A stretch of 64,000 bases of DNA. Origin: Acidimicrobiales bacterium. Lineage in GTDB: Bacteria > Actinomycetota > Acidimicrobiia > Acidimicrobiales > Aldehydirespiratoraceae. Shown one piece after another: positions 30,204-40,361 of this stretch (the first letter of the stretch is position 1; every line of letters begins with the position of its first letter). The translations under genes and the position numbers were made by a program. A model generated the notes under the pieces. That model had not been told where the DNA came from, did no database searches, and was given only the letters and a program-made list of their open reading frames with translations. Where the stretch lies: positions 2,747,862 to 2,811,861 of the forward strand of contig OZ241331.1 of the NCBI GenBank assembly GCA_965200005.1, written 5' to 3'.

Positions 30204-30268
30204 GGCCGTGACGCTATCGCCTCCGCCCCAAAGCAACGCGGCAACAACAACTACCATCGACCAACACC

Positions 30269-31294
30269 GTGGAACCGACAACAGCTCTGGCTTTAGCCAT
30301 CCATTACCTCGACCGGGAGCTAGCAGCCGCTCCCAAAGTGCGAGCGTTTCGCCGTGCTCTAGGCATCATCTCTGGCCTAAGCGACGACGAGGTACGAGAG
30401 AGAGCCGAACACGAAACCCTCACCGAACTCAAAGGGATCGGTGCCAGCACCTCCAAGGTGATCACCGAAGCCCTGGGCGGAGTGACAGACGGCTATCTGG
30501 CGGCTCTTGAGCGCCGTAGCCGGGTACCTCGGGGAGCGGGAGCCGAACTGCTAGGCCAACTTCGGGGCGACTGTCACTGCCACACAACCTTCTCAGATGG
30601 TGGAGCGAGCCTCGCCCAGATGGCTCACACCGCCGCAGCGCTGGGGCACGAATGGCTCGTCATTACCGATCATTCGGCTCGCCTGACCGTGGCTCACGGG
30701 CTTAACGAGGAACGCCTCGGGATCCAGCTCGAGGAGATCGCAGTACGCAACGCCGAGATGGCACCTTTCAGGATTTTCACTGGCATGGAAGTGGACATTC
30801 TTGAGGACGGATCGCTCGACCTGTCCGCTGAGATGCTCAGCCGACTCGACGTGGTTGTTGCCTCGGTTCACTCCAAACTGCGCATGCCCTCAGCAGAGAT
30901 GACGCCTCGCATGGTCGCAGCGATCGCGAACCCCCATAGCGACATCTTGGGACACTGCACGAATCGCAAACTCTCGGGACGTGGCCGACCACCCTCGAGT
31001 TTCGATGCCGGCGTTGTCTTTGCAGCCTGCGCGCACTTCGACAAAGCAGTCGAGATCAACTGCCGCCCCGAACGCCGGGATCCGCCCGAAGAGTTACTCA
31101 AGCTGGCACTTGATTGGGGTTGCAAAGTGGCAATCAACAGCGACGCTCACGCCACCGGGCAACTTGAGTGGCAGCCCTTCGGTGCCGACAAAGCTCACCG
31201 CTGCGGTGTCAGTGCCTCGCAGGTCATCAACACTTTCACCGCCCCCGAGTTAGTTGCCTGGACAGCCACACATTCGCAAGCCATCGGCACCTAA
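30269..31294 (+). CDS. PHP domain protein with N-terminal helix-hairpin-helix segment (PolX C-terminal-like phosphoesterase)
   Basis: HhH-like LTELKGIGASTSKVITEAL followed by PHP motifs CHCHTTFSDG, ITDHS and SDAH. Confidence 0.8.
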   Translation: MEPTTALALAIHYLDRELAAAPKVRAFRRALGIISGLSDDEVRERAEHETLTELKGIGASTSKVITEALGGVTDGYLAALERRSRVPRGAGAELLGQLRGDCHCHTTFSDGGASLAQMAHTAAALGHEWLVITDHSARLTVAHGLNEERLGIQLEEIAVRNAEMAPFRIFTGMEVDILEDGSLDLSAEMLSRLDVVVASVHSKLRMPSAEMTPRMVAAIANPHSDILGHCTNRKLSGRGRPPSSFDAGVVFAACAHFDKAVEINCRPERRDPPEELLKLALDWGCKVAINSDAHATGQLEWQPFGADKAHRCGVSASQVINTFTAPELVAWTATHSQAIGT

Positions 31295-31341
31295 CCTGCT
31301 CGCCCGGTGAGCCCAGGCACTCCTGTGCCCCTTGACCCCTA

Positions 31342-31406
31342 AGTGCCGCTACTCCGGCAACGCACTCGCAAGCCTCTAGTGCCGCAGCGCCGGCAATGCA
31401 TTCGCA
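31342..31406. repeat. imperfect 29-nt direct repeat (agtgccgc-N4-ccggcaa-y-gca-y-tcgca) upstream of the BMP transporter operon
   Basis: 31342-31370 and 31378-31406 align with roughly 80% identity by eye. Located 67-130 nt upstream of the ATG at 31473. Confidence 0.5.
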
Positions 31407-31472
31407 CAACCTTGGTGGGGTCGATTAGCATCCTGGCGACACAGTCACCCAAAGTTCACCTGGAGGGAACCC

Positions 31473-32663
31473 ATGCGCAAGCAGGCACGCCTAATTGCCG
31501 CGCTCCTAGTTTCGTTTGCCCTACTCGCCGCCGGATGCGGCGATGATGAGCCAGAAGTAGCCGACTCTGATGACGGCACCGACGCAACAGAAGCCGAAGC
31601 CACACCGACAACCGCAGCCGAAGCTGAGATGGAAGCCGAGGAGCCGGAGCCGGCAGAAGAGGCTGAGGACACCATGGAAGCCGCACCGATGACTGATGTC
31701 ACGGTCGGTCTGGTGTTTGATATCGGTGGTCGCGGCGACCAGTCGTTCAACGACTCTGCGGCAGCAGGTATTGAGCGTGCCCATGCGGAACTCGGTATCG
31801 AGTTCACGGAGGCGTCACCCGAAGCGGACGGCTCAAACCGTGCCGAGTTGTTGCAACTTGCTGCCGATGCTCACGATGTGGTGATCGCAGTCGGGTTCCT
31901 CTTTGAGGGCGATGCTGCCGCTGTTGGTGCCGAGAACCCCGACACCTTGTTTGGTGTCGTCGACTCGGCCATGATCAACTGGGGCGCCGATCCTCCCGCT
32001 CCTTACGGCGAAAATATTGCCGGCCTGGTGTTCGCCGAACATGAGGGATCATTCCTCGTCGGTGCCGCCGCAGCACTCAAAAGCGAGACGGGCACTGTTG
32101 GATTCATCGGTGGTGTCGCCAACGTTGGCGGTTTGATCGAGCGATTCCAGGCAGGCTTCGAAGCCGGCGCCCGCACTCTCAACCCCGACATCGAAATCAT
32201 CTCCAACTACATCACCCAGGCACCCGACTTTGATGGCTTCAACGCTCCCGACAGGGCTAAAGAGGTCGCACTAGCGATGTATGACAGCGGTGCGGACATC
32301 GTTTATCACGCTGCTGGTGGTTCTGGTGCGGGTCTATTCCAGGCAGCTCTTGAGCAGAGCGAAGCGACCGGCTCAAAGGTTTGGGCCATCGGCGTCGATT
32401 CCGACCAATACCACACCGCCGGTGAAGCCGTGCGCGATTACATCTTGACTTCGATGCTCAAGCGGGTTGACGTTTCGATCTTTGAGATGATCCGCTCAGC
32501 AATCGATGGCACGATGCAGCCAGGCCCGACCACCTACGACCTCTCCGTTGATGGCGTCGGCTACAGCCAGTCAGGCGGCTTCGTCGATGACATCGTCGAC
32601 CAGCTGGACGCTTACAAGGCAGACATAGTGTCCGGGGCCATTGAGGTGCCGACCGAGCCCTAA
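31473..32663 (+). CDS. BMP family (PnrA-like) ABC transporter substrate-binding lipoprotein
   Basis: Lipobox LLAAGCG, an acidic linker, then BMP motifs (GGVANVGGLIERFQAGFEAGAR, VWAIGVDSDQY). GGAGGG RBS. Confidence 0.88.
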   Translation: MRKQARLIAALLVSFALLAAGCGDDEPEVADSDDGTDATEAEATPTTAAEAEMEAEEPEPAEEAEDTMEAAPMTDVTVGLVFDIGGRGDQSFNDSAAAGIERAHAELGIEFTEASPEADGSNRAELLQLAADAHDVVIAVGFLFEGDAAAVGAENPDTLFGVVDSAMINWGADPPAPYGENIAGLVFAEHEGSFLVGAAAALKSETGTVGFIGGVANVGGLIERFQAGFEAGARTLNPDIEIISNYITQAPDFDGFNAPDRAKEVALAMYDSGADIVYHAAGGSGAGLFQAALEQSEATGSKVWAIGVDSDQYHTAGEAVRDYILTSMLKRVDVSIFEMIRSAIDGTMQPGPTTYDLSVDGVGYSQSGGFVDDIVDQLDAYKADIVSGAIEVPTEP

Positions 32664-32764
32664 ACACAGGCAGCGGGTTACGTCGGCGGCAGGGCCACGA
32701 CGAGCCTCAAGTACTCTTCAAGAATTCAAACAATTCAGATAGAGACCGCAGTGGTCTCAAGTCG

Positions 32765-32790
32765 CCGGGCCGGACTAATATCCGGCCCGG
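32765..32790 (+). other. intercistronic GC hairpin (10-bp stem, 6-nt loop) between the binding-protein gene and the ATPase gene
   Basis: ccgggccgga / ctaata / tccggcccgg read directly. A second shorter hairpin gagacc/ggtctc lies at 32742-32758. Confidence 0.4.
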
Positions 32791-32812
32791 TGGCTGTAGG
32801 GGGCGGAGCCGG

Positions 32813-34345
32813 GTGACGCTTGCAATTGAGCTAGCAGGCATTACCAAACGCTTCCCCGGCGTGATTGCCAACGACGACATCCATCTCGAAGTCGCCGAAG
32901 GTGAGATTCACGCCATCTGCGGCGAGAACGGCGCCGGCAAGTCGACCCTGATGAAGATCCTCTACGGGATGCAGCCCCCTGACGCTGGCACGATCAAGAT
33001 CCGTGGTACGCAGGTAACCCTGAACTCGCCTGCCGAAGCCATCGAACTCGGTATCGGCATGGTTCACCAACACTTCATGCTTGCCGATCAACTGACAGTG
33101 CTCGAAAACGTCATCCTCGGCGCGGAACCGATGCGATCGTTCGGTCGTATCGACTTCGAGGCGGGCAAGCAGCACCTAGACGAGGTCGGGCGGGCCTACG
33201 GGCTTGACATCAACGCCGACGACCTAGTGGAGACCCTCGAGGTTGGTGAGCGCCAACGGGTCGAGATCATCAAGGTGCTCTATCGTGGCGCCAAGATCTT
33301 GATCCTCGATGAGCCGACGGCGGTGCTTGTCCCCCAGGAAGTGGACGAGTTGTTCCGCAACATCCGCGAACTCAAAGCCAGGGGCGCCACGATCCTGTTC
33401 ATCGACCACAAGCTCGATGAGGTGCTCGCAATCGCTGACACGATCACGGTGCTGCGTCAAGGCCGCACCGTCGGCACCGTGAAGCCCCAAGATGTCACCG
33501 CCCATGATCTCGCCGAGATGATGATCGGCTCGGAGCTGCCCACCCCCGATGCCGGAGTGTCAACTGTCACCAGCGAGGTCGCGCTCGAAGTCAACGATCT
33601 AAGCGTCATCGGTGAAGGTGGCAGACCGGTGGTTGATGATGTGCGCTTGAGAGTGCGTCGTGGCGAGATCGTCGGGATCGCCGGGGTCGAAGGTAACGGT
33701 CAATCCGAACTGGTAAGCGCGATCATCGGCACCGATGCACCCGATCAGGGAACTGTCTCGCTGCTCGGTACCGACATTACTCACAGTTCTGTGCGGCATC
33801 GCCGTGAGATGGGGCTCGGTTACGTGCCACAAGACCGCCATCGAGATGGGCTGTTGCTAGCAGCCACCCTTTGGGAGAACACCGCGCTGGGTCACCAAAC
33901 CGAAAAGCCCTACTCGCGGGGACAGTGGCTCAATCGCCTCGGGATGCGCCGCCGGGCCGATCGGATCAAGGTCGACTTCGATGTGCGTACACCGGGGATC
34001 GAGGTTTCTGCGCATGCGCTTTCTGGCGGAAACCAGCAGAAGCTAATTGTCGGCCGGGAGATGGTCGCCCAACCGAGTGTGCTCATCGCGAACCATCCCA
34101 CCCGCGGGATCGATGTCGGCGCTCAAGCCGCAGTCTGGCGTGACATCCGCGAGGCCCGCCGCCAGGGTCTGGCAACGCTGCTCGTTTCGGCTGACCTTGA
34201 TGAGTTGATTGGCCTGTCGGACAGCATCGTGGTGATGCTGCGAGGCCGCCTTGTCGCTGAACTCGACCCAACCGAGCCAACCGAGATCACACCCCGCGAC
34301 CTTGGCTCATACATGACCGGCGCAGCGCTCACAGGTAGCCACTAG
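32813..34345 (+). CDS. ABC transporter ATP-binding protein (duplicated ATPase, sugar/nucleoside type)
   Basis: Walker A GENGAGKST and GVEGNGQSE, signature LSGGNQQK, 510 aa. Confidence 0.93.
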   Translation: MTLAIELAGITKRFPGVIANDDIHLEVAEGEIHAICGENGAGKSTLMKILYGMQPPDAGTIKIRGTQVTLNSPAEAIELGIGMVHQHFMLADQLTVLENVILGAEPMRSFGRIDFEAGKQHLDEVGRAYGLDINADDLVETLEVGERQRVEIIKVLYRGAKILILDEPTAVLVPQEVDELFRNIRELKARGATILFIDHKLDEVLAIADTITVLRQGRTVGTVKPQDVTAHDLAEMMIGSELPTPDAGVSTVTSEVALEVNDLSVIGEGGRPVVDDVRLRVRRGEIVGIAGVEGNGQSELVSAIIGTDAPDQGTVSLLGTDITHSSVRHRREMGLGYVPQDRHRDGLLLAATLWENTALGHQTEKPYSRGQWLNRLGMRRRADRIKVDFDVRTPGIEVSAHALSGGNQQKLIVGREMVAQPSVLIANHPTRGIDVGAQAAVWRDIREARRQGLATLLVSADLDELIGLSDSIVVMLRGRLVAELDPTEPTEITPRDLGSYMTGAALTGSH

Positions 34346-34347
34346 CG

Positions 34348-35466
34348 ATGGGACGCCAATGGCAGCGCAAGGTGCTGTTCGCATCTACCGCCCCAGTAGC
34401 GGCGCTAGTGATCGCGGTTGTGCTCTCGTCGATTGTGCTGATCATCTCGGGAAGCAATCCCCTGGCTGCTTACGCCGACATGATCGGCCACGCCAGCAAG
34501 CTTGAGACCCAGGTCGACATCCTCAACCGGGCCACGCCGCTTTATCTATCGGGCGTGGCCGCCGCTATCGGCTTCAGGATGAACCTGTTCAACATCGGGG
34601 TCGAAGGTCAATATTTGCTGGCGTTCATCGTGGCTGCTCACCTTGGTGCCCAGGTCACGCTCCCGTCGGTGCTTCACATCAGCTTCATCTTGCTAGTCGC
34701 CATGGCAGTCGGGGGTGCGTTCTCGGGTGCGGCTGGCGTTTTGAAGGTCACCCGGGGCGTGAACGAGGTGATCTCCACGATCATGCTCAACGCAGTTGTC
34801 ATCTCGGGTCTCGCCGCCTGGTGGATCGTTGAATGGCAGGCCGGTGGCGAGATCTCTGCGACCGGTGGTCGGGTCGGCACTGAACCGATCGCCGAGAGCG
34901 GCATGTTGCCTGACATCAACGCCCTGCTTGAGTTCTTCACACGTGAGATCCGACAAGGCAAACAACTAACCGGTGTGCTCGTCATCGCTCTGGCCGTCGG
35001 GGTGATCTATCACGTGCTGTTGAACCGCACCGTGTTTGGTTATGACCTTCGTGCTAGCGGCGCGAACCCGACCGCGGCCCATGTTGGTGGTGTGTCACCC
35101 AAGCGCATGGTCGTCTTCGCCATGACACTTTCGGGTGTCGTAGCCGGCCTCGTCGGGATGACCGAGCTGATGAACACCGGCTATTACCCGTCCAACCCGA
35201 TCAGCCTGCTTGGCTTCACCGGAATCGCTGTGGCGCTGCTCGGGCGTAACCATCCCGCCGGGGTCGCCGTAGCAGCATTGATTTTTGCCTTCCTCGATGT
35301 TTCCTCTGGAATCCTGCAGATCTCTGGAGCCGCCTCACGCGAGATCGTGGAGATCATGAAGGGCGTCATCATCCTCACAGCTGTGATTGCTTACGAAGTT
35401 GTGCGGCGGGTTCGTGAACGTGAAGAAGCCGCAGCGGCGGCCGCAGCCATGGCAACAACGACATGA
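34348..35466 (+). CDS. ABC transporter permease (BMP/nucleoside transporter family)
   Basis: Multi-TM protein. Tightly coupled to the flanking transporter genes by a 2-nt gap and a 4-nt overlap. Confidence 0.88.
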   Translation: MGRQWQRKVLFASTAPVAALVIAVVLSSIVLIISGSNPLAAYADMIGHASKLETQVDILNRATPLYLSGVAAAIGFRMNLFNIGVEGQYLLAFIVAAHLGAQVTLPSVLHISFILLVAMAVGGAFSGAAGVLKVTRGVNEVISTIMLNAVVISGLAAWWIVEWQAGGEISATGGRVGTEPIAESGMLPDINALLEFFTREIRQGKQLTGVLVIALAVGVIYHVLLNRTVFGYDLRASGANPTAAHVGGVSPKRMVVFAMTLSGVVAGLVGMTELMNTGYYPSNPISLLGFTGIAVALLGRNHPAGVAVAALIFAFLDVSSGILQISGAASREIVEIMKGVIILTAVIAYEVVRRVREREEAAAAAAAMATTT

Positions 35467-36752
35467 CCGTGCTCCAAGACATCATGCGATCACTGAGAGA
35501 TGTTCTCGATCGCCTGCCCGTGTGGGCGAGATGGATGGTGTATGCGGCCATCGGCGTGCTCGTGCTCACGATCGTGCAAGGGTTCGACGACACCGGACAA
35601 CTCACAGCGACCACCTCATCGCAGGCGATGTTGCGCTGGGCGGTTCCGATCATGCTCGCCGGACTCGGAGGATTGTTCTCTGAGCGTGCCGGTGTCGTGA
35701 ACATTGGCCTTGAAGGAATGCTGATTCTTGGGACCTGGTTCGGGGCCTGGGGCGCGATCAACTATGGCGGCTGGGCTGGGCTGCTTATCGGCATGATCGG
35801 TGGAGCTATTGGTGGCTTGATCCATGCCATTGCCACCGTGTCGTTCGGGGTTGATCACATCATCTCGGGTGTGGCCATCAACGTGACCGCGCCAGGTGTC
35901 ACCAGGTTCCTGTCATCTGAAGTGTTGACCGGCTACGACGGCGGTTCGATCACCCAGTCGCCACGGACAACCGGGGTCGGCAAGTTCACGGTGCCGTTCT
36001 TGGCAGGCGGCGACCTGTTCGGCTGGGATACACCTGACATATTGGGGTGGTTCACCGACAAGGACTGGTTCTTCGTGTCGGACTTCACTGGTCTGGCACG
36101 GGGGCTCACAGCGCAGCTCTCAATTGCCACGGTGATCGCATTCGCTTTGGTGCCGGTAACGGCTTGGCTGATCTGGCGCACACGTTTCGGGCTGCGACTG
36201 CGGATCTGCGGTGAACATCCCGTCGGCGGTGAGAGCCAGGGAATCAATATCTACCTCTACAAGTACATCGGCGTTGCGATGAGCGGCGCCCTAGCGGGCC
36301 TCGGGGGTGCCTTCATCGCCAGCCCCGAGTTGGGAGGCCTTTACCTTGAAGGCCAGACCAACGGCCGCGGCTATATCGGTTTGGCTGCCCTGATTTTTGG
36401 CAACTGGCGCCCCGGCGGGGTGATGGCTGGAGCGTTGCTATTCGGGTACCCGTTCGGGGTGGGTTTGCGTGACCTTGACGGTTCGGCCTCGCATGCGCTC
36501 CTGCTGGTGAACACTGTTGCTTTGCTTGCGGTGCTGGTGTGGGCTTTGCGGCGGCGGCGGCGTATCGACGCCGGGATTGCCGGGGTGCTTGCCGGTGGTG
36601 CGGCTCTCTGGTATCTGCTGTCGACTTCCGTGCCCGATTGGTGGATTGAGATCTTGCCGTATGTGATCGTGCTCGTGGTTCTGATCTTCTTCTCGCAGCG
36701 TTTGCGGATGCCACGAGCCGACGGTATGCGTTACCGCCGCGGCGAGGCCTGA
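35463..36752 (+). CDS. ABC transporter permease (second subunit)
   Basis: Multi-TM paralogue of the preceding permease. 4-nt overlap. Confidence 0.88.
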   Translation: MTVLQDIMRSLRDVLDRLPVWARWMVYAAIGVLVLTIVQGFDDTGQLTATTSSQAMLRWAVPIMLAGLGGLFSERAGVVNIGLEGMLILGTWFGAWGAINYGGWAGLLIGMIGGAIGGLIHAIATVSFGVDHIISGVAINVTAPGVTRFLSSEVLTGYDGGSITQSPRTTGVGKFTVPFLAGGDLFGWDTPDILGWFTDKDWFFVSDFTGLARGLTAQLSIATVIAFALVPVTAWLIWRTRFGLRLRICGEHPVGGESQGINIYLYKYIGVAMSGALAGLGGAFIASPELGGLYLEGQTNGRGYIGLAALIFGNWRPGGVMAGALLFGYPFGVGLRDLDGSASHALLLVNTVALLAVLVWALRRRRRIDAGIAGVLAGGAALWYLLSTSVPDWWIEILPYVIVLVVLIFFSQRLRMPRADGMRYRRGEA

Positions 36753-36786
36753 GTCTCAGGGTTCACGACCTGCAGGTGGACAACCA

Positions 36787-37644
36787 GTGGCGCTAAGCGA
36801 CGCTCAACTTGAGTCATGGGAAGCTGATGGCTTCCTGGTGTTGGAGGGATTTGTCTCGAAGCAGCGGTGCGACGCGCTGAAGGCTCATGTCAATGCAATG
36901 CTCAAGAACATTGACCCGGCACGTGATGGTGGCCTGACAGTGTTCTCTACGACAGAGCAGAGCCACGCGCAAGATGCCTGGTTTCTCGGTTCGGGTGACA
37001 CCGTGCGCTGGTTCTTCGAAGACGGTGCTATAGCGGAAGGCGACCTTTCGAGACCGCTGCACTTAAGCGTCAACAAACTTGGCCATGCCATGCATGACCT
37101 TGACCCCGAGTTCAGCGCCTTCTCACGCACACCCGAGTTGGCTGATGTAGCTCACTCGCTGGGGTTCGTCGATCCTCAACTGTTGCAGTCGATGTACATC
37201 TTCAAGCAGCCAGGCATTGGCGGCGAAGTGATCTGTCACTGTGACCACACCTTTTTGTGGACGGAACCCCAGAGCGTGGTCGGGCTCTGGTTCGCGATCG
37301 AGGACGCAACCGTTGATAACGGTTGCATGTGGGCTGTGCCCGGTGGTCACCGGATACCGGTGAAGGGACGCTTCCGGCTCGTTGACCCCGACGACCGCAG
37401 CAAGGGCACCACCATGGACACCTTCGACGAAACGCCCTATCCAACAGACGAGTTGGTGCCCCTTGAAGCCGAAGCCGGCACGCTAATTGCCCTACACGGC
37501 ACCTTGCCGCATTGGAGCGCGGCCAACACGTCGCCACATAGCCGCCACGCTTACACGATCCATGTCATCGACGGCGCTGCGAATTACCTAGCTGACAACT
37601 GGTTGCAGCGGAGCCCTGAGATGCCCCTTCGAGGTTTCAACTAG
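36787..37644 (+). CDS. phytanoyl-CoA dioxygenase (PhyH) family Fe(II)/2-oxoglutarate oxygenase
   Basis: WEADGFLVLEGFVS N-terminus, an H-x-D region (ICHCDH) and a distal His (LHGTLPHWS). Confidence 0.75.
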   Translation: MALSDAQLESWEADGFLVLEGFVSKQRCDALKAHVNAMLKNIDPARDGGLTVFSTTEQSHAQDAWFLGSGDTVRWFFEDGAIAEGDLSRPLHLSVNKLGHAMHDLDPEFSAFSRTPELADVAHSLGFVDPQLLQSMYIFKQPGIGGEVICHCDHTFLWTEPQSVVGLWFAIEDATVDNGCMWAVPGGHRIPVKGRFRLVDPDDRSKGTTMDTFDETPYPTDELVPLEAEAGTLIALHGTLPHWSAANTSPHSRHAYTIHVIDGAANYLADNWLQRSPEMPLRGFN

Positions 37645-37711
37645 AGCGTTCTTTCGAGGCTCGTATTCGTCGCGGCGCGCGACGCGTGCCGCTGCGATCT
37701 GGGAAAGTTGT

Positions 37712-38584
37712 CTACCTCGGGAAGACCGGTCGGCGATGCCGAGAGAACAAGCGGCTGGTGACCAGCAGGTAAACACCCGATGCCACGATTAGAACGAGGC
37801 TCATCCAGATATTGACCCGCACTCCCCAGATCAGGCTTGCCGGATCGATCCGAACGGCTTCAATCCAGAGACGCCCGATCCCATAACCGAGCAAGTAGAA
37901 GGCGAGCAGCGATCCGGGGCCTCGTTCAGTCCGGTTGGTGGCGGCCATGACCCGCGACGCGTAACGGTTGCGCCGGTCGATCAGCAACAGCAGGCCACAC
38001 AGCGCCAGATTCCACAGCGCCTCATACAAAAAGGTGGGATGGAACGTCTCAACATCGAGATAATCGGCCGGGCGGTGTGCCACGTCGATCTCTAGACCCC
38101 ATGGGAGATCGGTCGGTGAACCGTACAGCTCTTGGTTGAACCAGTTGCCAAGACGGCCAATCGCTTGAGCAAGCGGCAGAGACGGAACCACCGCGGCGAG
38201 GACTTCCCGGCGGTCCATCTGCTGGCGTCTCACCATCCAGAGACCGGTCAGGATGCCAACTGCCATGCCGCCAGGGATCCCCAGGCCTCCCTTCCAGATT
38301 GCAAAAGCCTCAAGCCAGCCGTCTTCTTGGTATCGACGCCAATCGGTAAGCACGTGATAGGCACGTGCTCCGATGAGCCCAGCGGGAACTGCCCACAGCG
38401 CCACGCGGTTGATCTGGTCGGGATCGCCGCCCCGAGCAGCCCAGCGACGCCTCGACAATGCAATAGCGGCCAATGCGGCTAGCGCGATCATCAACCCGTA
38501 GGCCCGAAACTCAAGCGGCCCGATGCTCAAGCTGCCCGCTCCCGGGCTCGGGATCGACGCAATCATGGCTGCATTAGACAGCAA
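37712..38584 (-). CDS. lgt: prolipoprotein diacylglyceryl transferase
   Basis: GRLGNWFNQELYG and HPTFLYEALWNL signatures. Polytopic membrane protein. Confidence 0.92.
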   Translation of the reverse strand: MLSNAAMIASIPSPGAGSLSIGPLEFRAYGLMIALAALAAIALSRRRWAARGGDPDQINRVALWAVPAGLIGARAYHVLTDWRRYQEDGWLEAFAIWKGGLGIPGGMAVGILTGLWMVRRQQMDRREVLAAVVPSLPLAQAIGRLGNWFNQELYGSPTDLPWGLEIDVAHRPADYLDVETFHPTFLYEALWNLALCGLLLLIDRRNRYASRVMAATNRTERGPGSLLAFYLLGYGIGRLWIEAVRIDPASLIWGVRVNIWMSLVLIVASGVYLLVTSRLFSRHRRPVFPR

Positions 38585-40361
38585 GGATCCGCTCTGAAGC
38601 AGCTTCGAGATCCGAGCAGGTTTCTGTCACAGCAGCCAGCATCGCCGGAACTCCAGCTACACGGTTGGTCGCAAACGAGCCGGCTAGCAACGCCCGGTCG
38701 GTACTTGTGTCAGTGTCAAGCTTGCGCGCTGCCAGCGCACCGTCAGCGAGTGCGGCTCCAGCTGTGGTCACAGCCAGCATCCTCAGGTAAGCGTCTGCTC
38801 CTGCTAGACGCTCGTACCGGTCTGCTTTGACAAGCCACTCAGTGGCTTCCTGGGTAGCAGCCACGGCATCGGCAAGGTATTCGCGTACCCGGACCAATCC
38901 AGCGTGCATCGGGCCACTCGCGTCAGCGATGGCCTTGACTGTCGAATCGATCTCGTTCAGGTGATCCCGCACGGCACCACCGCTGCGCATGGCCAGCTTG
39001 CGACCAACGAGATCAATCGCCTGGATGCCGTTCGTTCCTTCATATATCGGGGCGATCCGGGCGTCGCGGTAGTGCTGTGCTGAGCCGGTCTCCTCAACGA
39101 ACCCCATGCCGCCGTGTACCTGCAGGCCTGTGCTCGCTAGTTCACAACCCACATCGGTTGCCCATGCCTTGGTGAGCGGGGTTAGCAAGGCGGCCCGCTC
39201 ACTAGCAGCTTGACGTTGCACTCTGTTCGTGACATGTACTGAGCGATCGATTGCCTCGGCGTTTCGATATGCGAGACCACGCATCGCACTGATGGTGCAG
39301 CGCATGTCAAGCAGCATGCGGCGAACGTCGGGGTGCTCAATGATCTTCGAGGTTGCCCGAGCAGCGGCGCGGGGTGCGCGTCCCTGCCGACGTTCGTGAG
39401 CAAAGGCGAGCGCCTGCTGGCAGGAGCGCTCGGCGATGGCGACACCTTCGAGACCGACGCTGAGCCGGGCATAGTTCATCATCGTGAACATGGCCCGCAT
39501 GCCGCCGTTCTCCTCGCCAACAAGGAACCCGACAGCACCGTCGGTGTCGCCATATGACATAACGCATGTGGGGCTGGCGTGAATGCCGAGTTTGTGCTCG
39601 ATCGAGGTACACCACACGTCGTTGCGTGAGCCCGGCGCAGCATTGGCGTCGAGTAGCAGCTTGGGAACGATGAAGCAACTAATACCCGCGGTACCGGGTG
39701 GTGCGCCCGGAGTTCGGGCCAGTACCAGGTGCACGATGTTGTCGGCTAGGTCATGTTCGCCGTAGGTAATGAAGATCTTGGTGCCTGACAGCAAATACGA
39801 ACCGTCGGGTTGGGGTGTCGCCTTAGTTGTGACCGCACCGACATCGGAACCAGCTTGAGGTTCGGTCAGGTTCATGGTGCCCGTCCAGGCACCGACCGCC
39901 ATCTCAGGTAGGTAGAGATTCTTCTGTTCGTCTGTGCCGAATGCACCTATCAGGTTGATCGCACCCTGCGTTAGCAGCGGGCACAGTGACCAGGCCATGC
40001 AGGCGGAGGTGAACATCTCCTCGACGGCCAGACCGACAAGATGGGGAAACCCGCCGCCGCCATACTCGGGATCGATCGATAGGGCTCCCCAGCCGGCATC
40101 GACATAGGCGCTGTAGGCCTCCCTGAACCCGGTGGGCGTCACAACCGAACCGTCGTCGAGACGGCGTGACCCTTCCTGATCGCCGACCCGGTTGAGGGGT
40201 GCGATGACTTCCTGCGCGAACCGAGCGGCTTCTGTTAACACCTGCTCTACAACATCAGGTTCAACATGTTCGAAGTTGTCGAGTTCGACCAGACCCGCTA
40301 AGTCGGCCACATAGTTCAGATTGAAGAGGATCTCGTCAAGGTCGACTCGAAAGTCACTCAC
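38574..40361 (-). CDS. acyl-CoA dehydrogenase (long FadE-type with C-terminal extension domain)
   Basis: 595 aa. Middle and C-terminal ACAD domains (TEPQAGSD, IYEGTNGIQAIDLVGRK). Confidence 0.9.
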   Translation of the reverse strand: MSDFRVDLDEILFNLNYVADLAGLVELDNFEHVEPDVVEQVLTEAARFAQEVIAPLNRVGDQEGSRRLDDGSVVTPTGFREAYSAYVDAGWGALSIDPEYGGGGFPHLVGLAVEEMFTSACMAWSLCPLLTQGAINLIGAFGTDEQKNLYLPEMAVGAWTGTMNLTEPQAGSDVGAVTTKATPQPDGSYLLSGTKIFITYGEHDLADNIVHLVLARTPGAPPGTAGISCFIVPKLLLDANAAPGSRNDVWCTSIEHKLGIHASPTCVMSYGDTDGAVGFLVGEENGGMRAMFTMMNYARLSVGLEGVAIAERSCQQALAFAHERRQGRAPRAAARATSKIIEHPDVRRMLLDMRCTISAMRGLAYRNAEAIDRSVHVTNRVQRQAASERAALLTPLTKAWATDVGCELASTGLQVHGGMGFVEETGSAQHYRDARIAPIYEGTNGIQAIDLVGRKLAMRSGGAVRDHLNEIDSTVKAIADASGPMHAGLVRVREYLADAVAATQEATEWLVKADRYERLAGADAYLRMLAVTTAGAALADGALAARKLDTDTSTDRALLAGSFATNRVAGVPAMLAAVTETCSDLEAASERILAV

